A stretch of DNA of 64,000 nt from assembly GCA_050633305.1 (NCBI GenBank), contig JBOEGF010000008.1, positions 256,001-320,000 on the forward strand, read 5' to 3'. This DNA is from Nannocystales bacterium (GTDB taxonomy: Bacteria; Myxococcota_A; Polyangia; Nannocystales; Nannocystaceae). The notes below the pieces were generated by a model. It was not told the origin of the DNA. It searched no databases and worked only from the letters and a program-made list of their open reading frames with translations. The translations under genes and the position numbers were made by a program. Shown here piece by piece: positions 27,799-36,637 of the stretch; position 1 is the stretch's first letter; each line of letters begins with the position of its first letter.

Positions 27799-29121
27799 AT
27801 GCGACGAATCCTCCCGTTGAGCGCCGCTCTTCCCCTCCTGGCCTGCGCACCTGCAGAGGTCGGGCCGGCCTCGAGCGACGTCTCGCCCACCACGGAGGAT
27901 TCGTCGACACCAACCAGCGGCACAACGGATGCCTCGACCTCGGGCGACTCAACGTCCGGCTCGAGTGGCGAGGCAGCCTCCGAAGGCAGCACCTCGGACG
28001 AGGCCACCGAGGCCACCTCCGGGGACGGCTCCGAGTCCTCGGGCACGGGCGGGTCCGAGTCCGAATGGGAATGGGAATGGGACATCCCAGAGCACTTCCC
28101 GGAACCCAAGGTCCCCGAGGACAACCCGATGACGGCCGAGAAGGTCGAGCTTGGGCGACACCTCTTCTACGACGAGCGGCTGTCCGCAAACGGTACTCAG
28201 TCCTGCGCGTCGTGCCATCGACAGGAGCTGGCCTTCACCGATGGTCTGGCTCTGCCCGTCGGATCGACGGGGGACATCATTCCTCGCAACTCGATGTCGC
28301 TGGCCAACGTCGCGTACTCCAGTCGCCACACCTGGGGGAACCCGCTGCTCGAGTCACTCTCGCAGCAGGCCACCATACCCCTCTTCGCCGAGATCCCGAC
28401 GGAGCTGGGCGCCGTGTTCGCCGAAGAGGAGATTCTCGAGCGTCTTGCCGACGACGCGCTCTACCTCGAGCTGTTCGACGCGGCGTACCCCGACGACGAT
28501 GAGCGCATCAGCTGGATCAACATCCGCGATGCCATCGCGAGCTTTCAGCGCTCACTTCTCTCTTTTAGTTCGCCGTACGACGCCTTCATCGCGGGCGACG
28601 ACGACGCAATCTCCGCTTCGGCCAAGCGCGGCGCAAACCTGTTCTTCGGTGAACTCTTCGAGTGCCACCACTGCCACAACGGGTTCAACTTCACCAACGC
28701 GACCGAGCACGCAGGCACGGTGTTCGACACCCCTGCCTACTTCAACACCGGCCTGTACAACATCGATGGCGCGGGCACCTATCCCCAGGCTGGGTGGGGC
28801 ATCGCCGAGTTCACTCTCGAAGCGAACGACATGGGCAAGCACAAGCCGCCCACGCTCCGCAACATCGCGCTGACGGGGCCGTACATGCACGATGGTTCGA
28901 TCGCCACGCTGGACGAGGTCGTCGCAACCTACGCCGCTGGGGGACGTCTCATCGAAGAAGGCCCCCTCGCTGGAGATGGGCGCGCGAACCCGTACAAGAG
29001 TTCGTTCGTGTCTGGGTTTGCGATGAGCGAGCAGGACCAGGCCGATTTGATCGCGTTCCTCGAGTCGCTGACCGATGAGGTCTTCATCAGCGACCCGAAG
29101 TTCAGCGACCCCTGGAAATAG
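27799..29121 (+). CDS. mbnH: MbnH family di-heme enzyme (bCcP/MauG superfamily), lipoprotein
   Basis: DNPMTAEKVELGRHLFYD.RLS, CASCH, CHHCH, PTLRNIALTGPYMHDGS, TYAAGG; directly downstream of mbnP. Confidence 0.9.
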   Translation: MRRILPLSAALPLLACAPAEVGPASSDVSPTTEDSSTPTSGTTDASTSGDSTSGSSGEAASEGSTSDEATEATSGDGSESSGTGGSESEWEWEWDIPEHFPEPKVPEDNPMTAEKVELGRHLFYDERLSANGTQSCASCHRQELAFTDGLALPVGSTGDIIPRNSMSLANVAYSSRHTWGNPLLESLSQQATIPLFAEIPTELGAVFAEEEILERLADDALYLELFDAAYPDDDERISWINIRDAIASFQRSLLSFSSPYDAFIAGDDDAISASAKRGANLFFGELFECHHCHNGFNFTNATEHAGTVFDTPAYFNTGLYNIDGAGTYPQAGWGIAEFTLEANDMGKHKPPTLRNIALTGPYMHDGSIATLDEVVATYAAGGRLIEEGPLAGDGRANPYKSSFVSGFAMSEQDQADLIAFLESLTDEVFISDPKFSDPWK

Positions 29122-29194
29122 CGAGGCACGCGTGGCCACGTCGGACGCGGCCGTCCACGCGGGGTCGCTGTGGACTCTGCACACCCCTCTGCGC

Positions 29195-29806
29195 TCAGCA
29201 CTTCTCGTCGCCGAGCTCGCCCCAGGCATGCTCGCAGTAGTGCTCGGCGAGCGTGCCCTCGGCATCCATCGCCTGCTGGCAGAAGCTGCCGAAGCAGCCC
29301 AGCGTCGCTTCGTCGAACGCTTCACACGCTTCCATGCACGCGACCGTATCCGCGTACGGGTAAGCCTCGTATGACGCGCAGGTGCTCTGCATGCATCCGC
29401 AGAACGCCTCGCACAGCTCGTCCGTCCCGGCCGAGTCGGTGTCCCCGGTGTCGGTGTGGTCGTGTTCCGTGTCCGCGTGCTCCGTGTCCGCATGCCCCGT
29501 GTCCGCATGCCCCGTGTCTGCATGCTCCGTGTCCGCGTGCCCCGTGTCTGCATGCTCCGTGTCGTGGCCGTGATCGGTGTCGTGACTATGCCCGGTCTCC
29601 GCGGACCCGGAGGAGCTCCCGTCCGTCTCCCCGTGACCGTGCTCTTCTTGGCACGAAGCCTGGCCATTGTGTTCATCGCAGATCAGGTCGCCCTGGCAGT
29701 CGTCGGCGGTGTTGCACGGAGCACCAACCGCCCCCTCGCCGCCGCCATCGCAACTCGAGAGCAGGGAAACAAATGCAGCGGCAGCCACCAACGTCGAGAT
29801 GCGCAT
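29195..29806 (-). CDS. His-repeat, Cys-rich lipoprotein
   Basis: Lipobox LSSC, small Cys domain, (HADTG/HADTE)x6 tract, C-terminal Cys-rich helical domain. Confidence 0.75.
   Translation of the reverse strand: MRISTLVAAAAFVSLLSSCDGGGEGAVGAPCNTADDCQGDLICDEHNGQASCQEEHGHGETDGSSSGSAETGHSHDTDHGHDTEHADTGHADTEHADTGHADTGHADTEHADTEHDHTDTGDTDSAGTDELCEAFCGCMQSTCASYEAYPYADTVACMEACEAFDEATLGCFGSFCQQAMDAEGTLAEHYCEHAWGELGDEKC
29465..29554. repeat. Six tandem 15-bp repeats encoding HADT(G/E)
   Basis: Consensus cYccgtgtcYgcRtg on the + strand, six consecutive copies plus partial flanks. Confidence 0.9.
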
Positions 29807-29893
29807 GATGGTCGGAGTCTAGAGACTGTCACGCTGGACTCGCGTGACGCGGTGTCGCACTGCGACGCACGGTCGCGGTAGGGTGCGGGCTCG

Positions 29894-32104
29894 ATGTCGC
29901 CCCACCCGGACAAAGCCCTGCAGACGTGGGTTCTGCCCGGACTCCCGGCGAACAGCACCGGAGGCTGGCTGACGCTCGCCGCAGTCACCGCCATGTTGCT
30001 GTCGCGCCTCCTGTTGCTTCCCGACGGGCCTTGGGAACAGGACGAAGCTCTGTTTGCCGCCGGGGTCCTGGACTTCGATGTCACACGCCACCGCCCACAC
30101 CCTCCCGGCTTTCCGGGCTGGATCGCGATCGGAAAACTGCTGTTCCCGCTCGTCGGCGATCCGGTGCGAGCGCTTCAAGTCGCGTCCTCGGTCGCCTCGG
30201 CGGTGATGTTCTGGGCCTTGGCTCGGCTGCTCGACCGACTGCTCCCCGGCGGACGCGCCACGCTCCTCGCCGCAGCGTTCTCCATGTCCCCGCTGGTCTG
30301 GGTTCACGCCGGGCGCGCCTTCTCCACCACGCCTGCGGTGGCGTGTGCCGTGCTGGCACTGCTGGCGTGGCGCGGCAACGCCGTCGTCTACGGGGCGGGC
30401 TGGGTCTTGCTGGGGCTCTCCGCGCTCATCCGCCCCCAGCTCCTCCCAGAACTCGCCGTGCTCGGTCTCGCGGGTCTGAACGCGGGAAGCCACTCGCGGC
30501 GAGTCCGAGTCACCAGCGTCGCGGTTGCGGCCGGACTCTGCCTGCTGTGCATAACCGGAGCGTTCGTCGGCGATACGGAAGCGGTGACTCGCGCCTTTGT
30601 CGACCACTTCGGCCGGCACCGAGGTGCCCTCTCCGCGCCGCTGATCTGGGCAAACCTCGGCATCGTCCGCGGCCTGGGGCACCCCGCCGTCGCCGCCGCA
30701 TTGGCAGGGCTCGTCGTCGCAGGACTTTGGCGAGCGACCCGCACGAACCGAACCCACGGCGTCTGGCTGATCGGGCTTCTCACCGTCACGGCCTGGATGA
30801 TCCTACGGCAGCACCACCCGGGCTACCCCCGCTACGCGGTCGTCCTGCTCGCAGCGGCACTCCCCGCCCTCGCCTGGGGCCTCGACTCCCTTCCCCGTCG
30901 CCTCTGCGTACTGCTGGGTGTCGGGCTCACATTGGTGGGAAGCGTCAGCGCGCTCGGGCCCTTGCTGTCGATGCACACCGCCCCACTCCCGGTGGTCGCC
31001 GCGGCCCGGCTCGCGACCCTCGACTCGCATGCCGGCGCGCTTGCGTACAGCCACGGCGTGTTCTCCTTCGCCCGTCTCGAAGCCGAACAAGGCGGACTCC
31101 GCATCCTCGACGTTACCGAGCGGAGCGCCCCACCAAGGCGGCCCGCGAACACGTACGCCATCGACGGTCGGACTCTGCACGCACTCGAGGGCGTCACCGT
31201 CTGCACCATCGACCTCCCCTCGGCACCCGCTCGGGCGATGGCGCTTGGGCAGGGCCGGTTCACCACGGCACGTCTCACGCGTGACGCGGTCTTCCTCGGC
31301 GCAGGCACGTTCGGCCCGGAGTTCGACGAAGCGGGTGACCGTTTTTCTTGGCTGGGACCCTCTGCCACGCTCGCGCTTCCGGCCGACAGCGAACGGCTCC
31401 ACCTGCGCCTCCACGTTCCAGACGATGTCCAGGGCGCAGCATTCTCGGTGACGGCCGGCGACCGCGTTCGGCGAGGCTCGCTGCAAGCGGGGCCGATGTC
31501 CGTCGAGGTTGTGATTCCGCAGTGCGTGGATGGGTGTGAAGTCGTGTTCTCGACCGCCGGGAACCACTTCGACGAGAACGAGTTTCGGCCGCTCACCGTT
31601 CAACTGGACGGAGCGTGGGTCGAAGGGTCGGCGTATGCCCCCGCCTACGGGCGCTGGTCTCCAGGCCACCCCCGTACGGTCCGAGCCCGTGACGTCGTCC
31701 TCGAGGGCTTCGAAGCACCCGAGGTGTTTGCGGGCGAGCATCGCGGCGCCTGGACACACGCGCGGGCGAGCGCTTCGTTCCCTGCCCGCCCGGGCACACT
31801 TCGGGTTCGAGTGGCCCGCCCCGAGCACACACCCGGCAACGTCACGGTCTCGACCGATGTCGGAGCGCAGACCGTTGACCTCGGACCCAAGCCAACCACA
31901 CTCACACTGCGAACACAGGCACCCGGCGGGCGGGCCCGACTCGAGTTCACCTCCCCCACATTCGTACCTGCGGAGGTCCGCGCCGGCTCCGACGACTCTC
32001 GCGACCTCGGGCTGATCCTCTACGAGGTCGAGTTCCTACCCGACGACGACTCCTGTCGTCCCGATGACGTATCCTCCCCCTTGGGGAAGCACGCACAACC
32101 ATGA
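29894..32104 (+). CDS. Multi-pass membrane protein, GT-C-like glycosyltransferase with large soluble C-terminal region
   Basis: WEQDE..F...DF....PHPPGFP first-loop motif, many TM helices, PRY motif, beta-rich C-terminus. Confidence 0.6.
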   Translation: MSPHPDKALQTWVLPGLPANSTGGWLTLAAVTAMLLSRLLLLPDGPWEQDEALFAAGVLDFDVTRHRPHPPGFPGWIAIGKLLFPLVGDPVRALQVASSVASAVMFWALARLLDRLLPGGRATLLAAAFSMSPLVWVHAGRAFSTTPAVACAVLALLAWRGNAVVYGAGWVLLGLSALIRPQLLPELAVLGLAGLNAGSHSRRVRVTSVAVAAGLCLLCITGAFVGDTEAVTRAFVDHFGRHRGALSAPLIWANLGIVRGLGHPAVAAALAGLVVAGLWRATRTNRTHGVWLIGLLTVTAWMILRQHHPGYPRYAVVLLAAALPALAWGLDSLPRRLCVLLGVGLTLVGSVSALGPLLSMHTAPLPVVAAARLATLDSHAGALAYSHGVFSFARLEAEQGGLRILDVTERSAPPRRPANTYAIDGRTLHALEGVTVCTIDLPSAPARAMALGQGRFTTARLTRDAVFLGAGTFGPEFDEAGDRFSWLGPSATLALPADSERLHLRLHVPDDVQGAAFSVTAGDRVRRGSLQAGPMSVEVVIPQCVDGCEVVFSTAGNHFDENEFRPLTVQLDGAWVEGSAYAPAYGRWSPGHPRTVRARDVVLEGFEAPEVFAGEHRGAWTHARASASFPARPGTLRVRVARPEHTPGNVTVSTDVGAQTVDLGPKPTTLTLRTQAPGGRARLEFTSPTFVPAEVRAGSDDSRDLGLILYEVEFLPDDDSCRPDDVSSPLGKHAQP

Positions 32105-33888
32105 CGACCTACGACCTCAAGATCACTGGTGGCACTCTCATCGACGGAACCGGCGCTCCCCGGCGAGCGGGCGACCTCGGCATCAAAGATGGGCGTATCG
32201 TCGACATTGGGAAGTGTGACGGCGACGCAACGGAGACCCTCGACGCCACCGGATCCATCGTCACCCCGGGGTTCGTCGACATCCACACCCACTACGACGG
32301 CCAGGTCTCTTGGGATCCGGACTTGGCACCCAGCTCCATTCACGGCGTAACCACCTGCGTCATGGGGAGCTGCGGCGTCGGATTCGCGCCCTGCCGCCCC
32401 GATGACCACCAGCGGCTCATCGAGTTGATGGAGGGCGTGGAGGACATCCCCGGAGTCGCACTCGCCGAGGGCCTCAGCTGGGACTGGGAGAGCTTTCCCG
32501 AGTACATGGATTCGATCGACAGTTTCGCCCATACGATCGACTTCGCGGTCCAAGTGACCCACGACGCGTTGCGGGTGTTCGTGATGGGTGAACGCGCAGC
32601 CCCGGGGTCCATCGCGACAGCCGAGGACATCGAGGAGATGCGACGCCTCACCCGCGAAGCATTGCTCGCCGGCGCCGTTGGATTCTCGACGGGACGCACC
32701 AACAACCACCGCACCGCCCGCGGCGAAGCCACGCCCGCCTCGGAAGCCACCATCCCCGAGCTCGCTGGCATCGCCAAGGCCTTCGACGGCTTGGACTTCG
32801 GCGTCCTGCAGGCGGTCAGCGACTTCGACATGGACGACAGCCGGTTCGATGAGGAGTGGGACGTGCTCGAGAAGATGCTCGATGCCGCCGGAGGTCGTCC
32901 CATGTCGATTTCCTTGATGCAGCGCGACCAAGTCCACACCCAGTGGAAGCAGATCATCGAGCGCGCCGAGCAGGCCAACGCTGCAGGAAAGACCCTTCGG
33001 CTTCAGGTGGCCCCGCGCCCCATCGGCGTCCTGCTCGGCCTCGGTGCGACCTTTCACCCATTCATGGGCTACCCGGCCTATCGCGAGATCGCGACGCTCT
33101 CACTCGAAGAGCGTGTCGCCACGATGCGGGACCCGGCCTTCAAGGCCAAGCTGTTGTCGCAAGAGCACACACGGCTCTCCGGTGACGGGAGCTCGATCCC
33201 CCCACTGGCCGACCACCTGCTCGAGCGCATCAACATCGTCGCCATGCGCCTGTATCGATTGGGCGAAGAACCCAACTACGAACCAGACCCCACGACCTGC
33301 ATCGGGGTGGAGGCATCCAGCCGCAAGGTCAGTGTGCTCGAGGCGATCTATGACGCGCTGCTCGAGAACGACGGCCAGGCGCTGCTGTACTTCCCGCTGT
33401 ACAACTTCACAAGCATGAACCTGGACAACGTCCACACCATGCTCACGCACCCGCTCGCGCTGCCGGGGCTCAGCGATGGAGGTGCACACGTCGGCACGGT
33501 CTGCGATGCCAGCTTTCCCACCACCTTGCTCTCGCATTGGGGCCGAGACCGCGAGCGCGGACGCATCGAATTGGAGACGCTGATCCGCATGCAGACCCAC
33601 GATACCTCTCGTTTCGCGGGAATGACCGACCGTGGCACCCTCGAAGTGGGTAAGCGTGCTGACATCAACGTCATCGACTTCGACAACCTCAAGCTCGGCC
33701 CGCCGCGCCTCATCCACGACCTTCCCGCGGGAGGAGCCCGACTGATGCAGAACGCAACAGGGTACGTGGCCACATACGTGGCGGGTGTACGGATCACCGA
33801 GCACGGCAAGCTGACGGGCAACCGGCCGGGCCGGCTCGTACGGGTGGGTCGTTCCTCCTACGCACAGTCCCCGACGGTCGGCCGGTAG
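32101..33888 (+). CDS. N-acyl-D-amino-acid deacylase family amidohydrolase
   Basis: GGTLIDGTG, PGFVDIHTHYD, HGVTT..MGSCG, SDGGAH, DRG.L..G.RADINV. Confidence 0.9.
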   Translation: MTTYDLKITGGTLIDGTGAPRRAGDLGIKDGRIVDIGKCDGDATETLDATGSIVTPGFVDIHTHYDGQVSWDPDLAPSSIHGVTTCVMGSCGVGFAPCRPDDHQRLIELMEGVEDIPGVALAEGLSWDWESFPEYMDSIDSFAHTIDFAVQVTHDALRVFVMGERAAPGSIATAEDIEEMRRLTREALLAGAVGFSTGRTNNHRTARGEATPASEATIPELAGIAKAFDGLDFGVLQAVSDFDMDDSRFDEEWDVLEKMLDAAGGRPMSISLMQRDQVHTQWKQIIERAEQANAAGKTLRLQVAPRPIGVLLGLGATFHPFMGYPAYREIATLSLEERVATMRDPAFKAKLLSQEHTRLSGDGSSIPPLADHLLERINIVAMRLYRLGEEPNYEPDPTTCIGVEASSRKVSVLEAIYDALLENDGQALLYFPLYNFTSMNLDNVHTMLTHPLALPGLSDGGAHVGTVCDASFPTTLLSHWGRDRERGRIELETLIRMQTHDTSRFAGMTDRGTLEVGKRADINVIDFDNLKLGPPRLIHDLPAGGARLMQNATGYVATYVAGVRITEHGKLTGNRPGRLVRVGRSSYAQSPTVGR

Positions 33889-33963
33889 GCGGGGAAAAAA
33901 GCGCCTGGTTTGCCCCCGGGTCATGCGGCGGATCACCGCCGCGAAAAAAACACAGGCCCGGGT

Positions 33964-33991
33964 GAATCCAACCGCAGGGGTCTGACGTCTA
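33964..33991 (+). promoter_or_regulatory. Possible ECF-sigma promoter
   Basis: GAATCC-N16-CGTCTA about 60 bp upstream of the 34050 lipoprotein gene. Confidence 0.3.
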
Positions 33992-34049
33992 CCCCGCCGA
34001 CCGTGAACGGAGACACGTCTCCGGAGCCCGGCAGAAAGAAGTCCGATCC

Positions 34050-34598
34050 GTGAAAACGAAACTACTCGCGCTGTCCTCCATCTTCCTCCTCTCGTCTCTC
34101 ACCGCTGCAGGATGCACCGCAACGCCGGAGGCGTATCACAAGGCCTCCACCCGAGTCGGGTGCCGCGCCCTCAAGAAGTGCGAGGAAGACCTCTGGAAGG
34201 AGGCGGGCTACGACAACGTGTCCGACTGTGTCGACGAGAGTCTCAAGGTCGTCAGCGAAAGTGATTTTGCGGATCTTTGTGCCGACTATGACAAGAAGGA
34301 GGCCCGCAAGTGCCTCCGCTCTGGGCGGAAGTACAAGCGCTCCTGCGACGATGGGGACATCGATGAAGACGCGTGCGCGAAAGTCTGCGGCACGCCGACC
34401 CTCCCGGGAACAGGCGAGCTAACCCCCGAGGAAAGAGGCCGCGCAGCTGCGGAGGCCCAGTTCGCAGCCGGTGAGATCACCGAGCAGGAGCTCGATGAAG
34501 AGCTCTCGGACATCGAGTTCGAAGCAGAGCTCGCCAGCGACGAGGACGAAGCGCTTCTCCAGGCGGAGATCGACGCCGTCTTTGCCGAAGAGGACTAA
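34050..34598 (+). CDS. Hypothetical Cys-rich lipoprotein with acidic tail
   Basis: Lipobox AAGC, several Cys, E/D-rich C-terminus. Confidence 0.72.
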   Translation: MKTKLLALSSIFLLSSLTAAGCTATPEAYHKASTRVGCRALKKCEEDLWKEAGYDNVSDCVDESLKVVSESDFADLCADYDKKEARKCLRSGRKYKRSCDDGDIDEDACAKVCGTPTLPGTGELTPEERGRAAAEAQFAAGEITEQELDEELSDIEFEAELASDEDEALLQAEIDAVFAEED

Positions 34599-34643
34599 GC
34601 ACAACCGCCAGTGGGCGCTCCAACGCCTGCAGCAGTGCAGAAG

Positions 34644-34673
34644 AGGACCCGGGCCGCAAAGCGTCCGGGTCCT
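34644..34673. terminator. Hairpin between convergent genes
   Basis: AGGACCCGG...CCGGGTCCT stem. Confidence 0.5.
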
Positions 34674-34721
34674 TGTCTCGTTGACGGGTGCGAGCCTGCA
34701 GCCACATCTAGGGACGCCCGC

Positions 34722-35135
34722 CTAGCCCTTACCGACGATCTTCGAGACGATGACGTCGCTGCTTGGAGCTGCGGTGCTGGGGTTGGTCTCGAGGGTGATG
34801 ATGACCTCGAACTTGGGGTGCGGAGTGGTGGCGTCGAGGCTTCCGACCCGGCGTTTCTCGTTGTAGTCGAGCAGGCCGACCTTGGTCGTGCCGTGACCGG
34901 GGACCCGAATCCAAACCCCGTAGGCTTTGTATTGCGGGCCAAGCCGATGGGGCGGAGCGAGGTGGTCAACCGTGACCTTGAGCTCTCGGAGCTCGTCGCG
35001 GTTCACCTTCACTTTGAGCTTTGCATGCGCCGCATGAGTCGGCGCCTTGGCATCGAGGTTGTAGCGGGCGGCGCAGCCAGTCGAGACTGCGGTGAACAGG
35101 CCGAGGGCGAGGAGGGAGGTTATTGCGCGTCGCAT
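34722..35135 (-). CDS. Hypothetical lipoprotein
   Basis: MRRAITSLL...TGC signal; HLAPP..L, YGVW, ITLE. Confidence 0.72.
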   Translation of the reverse strand: MRRAITSLLALGLFTAVSTGCAARYNLDAKAPTHAAHAKLKVKVNRDELRELKVTVDHLAPPHRLGPQYKAYGVWIRVPGHGTTKVGLLDYNEKRRVGSLDATTPHPKFEVIITLETNPSTAAPSSDVIVSKIVGKG

Positions 35136-35178
35136 CACGTCGGGTTGGACGGACCCCACCCACTCCGCATTGAACGCT

Positions 35179-36555
35179 TCACGGTGCGTTTGCAGACCGC
35201 ACGTCGGCCGGCAACAATGCGTGCCAGTTGAACTGCGCCCCAAGCCGCGTGAGCACCGAGTAGAACCCCCACTGCAGCCGATTGATGAAGGTATAGCCCG
35301 CGGGCATGGGGGGCATTTTCGGGATTCGGGGCATTTTTCCCCCGCCGAAGATCAGCTCACGCTTTCCCTCCACCATCTGGTCGTTCATCTGCGCAACCCA
35401 CTGCGGGGTGAACTCGAACTCGCGATCGTACTGGAGCGGCTCGATCATGAACAGAAACAACTCGCGCATGAACTTGGCGACCGACGCGTCCCCGCGGTCG
35501 AACTCCAAGGCGTGTGCGAGCGCTCGCTCAAACGCAGTCCAGTCCTCAGGAAGGTCGGTCTTGCCCGCGACGATCGCCGCGGTCAAGTAGCGCCGCATGT
35601 CCTGCGCCATCGTGTCGGGGATTTCTTTGACACACCCGAAGTCGAGCAAGACCACGGTGCCGTCGTCCCGGAACAAGTAGTTCCCAGGATGTGGATCGGC
35701 GTTGAAGGTGAAGTGCACGTAGAGCGAGTCCGTCACGGCGCGCGCCAACGTCCGACCCCACCGGTTGCGGAGTTCCTGAGGTGCGTCGAGCACCTCGTCG
35801 AGACCCTTGCCCGGCTCGAACCGACTGACCAAGACCCGGGCACCGCTATGCTCGGGGTAGACCTCGGGCACAACGAGGTCCGGCACGTCGGCGTACATCT
35901 CCGCAAAGCGCTGCTGCATGCGGGCCTCTCGCTCGTAGTCGAGTTCCTCCTCCATCCGGGCCCTGATCTCCTCCAACACGTTGCCCGCGAACTGGGCATT
36001 CGCGCTCGCTCCGAGGAGCGCAAGCATCGGCTTGGCCAGTGACTTGGCGCCATCGAGGTTCGCCAGGTCGGCCCGGACCGCATCCGCGACCCCGGGGTAT
36101 TGAATCTTGATCGCGACCTCTGTCCCGTCCAGCAACGTACCCCGGTGCACCTGCCCGATCGATGCCGCCGCAAACGGAACCTCTTCGACCGAAGAAAAAT
36201 GCGTTTGCCAGTCGCCCAGAGTTTCTTCGAGGACTCCACGTGCGGCCTCCCACGGCAAACTGGGCGCGTCGCTCTGGAGCTTGGAGAGCACGCGCCGGAA
36301 CACGGGTTCGGCATCCGCGGGCAAAGCCCCGTCGATGTACGAGAGCATCTGGCCCAGTTTGAGACCCAATCCCTTGAGCTCGCCGAGCTGCTGGAGCATC
36401 TCTTCGGCAGCTCGAACATGGATGGGGTTTTCTGCCTCATCCGACGCATCCCCCCGCCCTCGCGCCCGTGAGATCGCCAGCGGCACCGCCTTGCGTGCCA
36501 TCCACACCATCTTTGAGAGGCGAGACACGCGGGAGCCGGAAACACGCCGAGCCAT
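35179..36555 (-). CDS. ABC1/UbiB (AarF) family atypical kinase
   Basis: KLGQ, PFAAASIGQVH, VAIKIQYPG, EELDY.REA, NADPHPGN, LDFG. Confidence 0.92.
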   Translation of the reverse strand: MARRVSGSRVSRLSKMVWMARKAVPLAISRARGRGDASDEAENPIHVRAAEEMLQQLGELKGLGLKLGQMLSYIDGALPADAEPVFRRVLSKLQSDAPSLPWEAARGVLEETLGDWQTHFSSVEEVPFAAASIGQVHRGTLLDGTEVAIKIQYPGVADAVRADLANLDGAKSLAKPMLALLGASANAQFAGNVLEEIRARMEEELDYEREARMQQRFAEMYADVPDLVVPEVYPEHSGARVLVSRFEPGKGLDEVLDAPQELRNRWGRTLARAVTDSLYVHFTFNADPHPGNYLFRDDGTVVLLDFGCVKEIPDTMAQDMRRYLTAAIVAGKTDLPEDWTAFERALAHALEFDRGDASVAKFMRELFLFMIEPLQYDREFEFTPQWVAQMNDQMVEGKRELIFGGGKMPRIPKMPPMPAGYTFINRLQWGFYSVLTRLGAQFNWHALLPADVRSANAP

Positions 36556-36637
36556 GTCGGACGTATACCGCCCCGTGATGACCGTGCAATGGGCGCCCTT
36601 TCGCTGCGGGTCGGGTTGCGTTATGCACCGAGCCGTC

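Noticed and set aside
26692..29121. Methanobactin biosynthetic cluster
   Set aside because: No precursor peptide, MbnB/MbnC or transporter gene is visible; only the MbnP/MbnH pair is present.
29465..29554. Possible CRISPR array
   Set aside because: Contiguous 15-bp in-frame coding repeats with no unique spacers, and no cas genes in the window.
33925..33950. GCGGCGG-ATCA-CCGCCGC hairpin as a terminator
   Set aside because: It is followed by an A-run on + and preceded by the T-run on -, so it is not a canonical intrinsic terminator in either direction.
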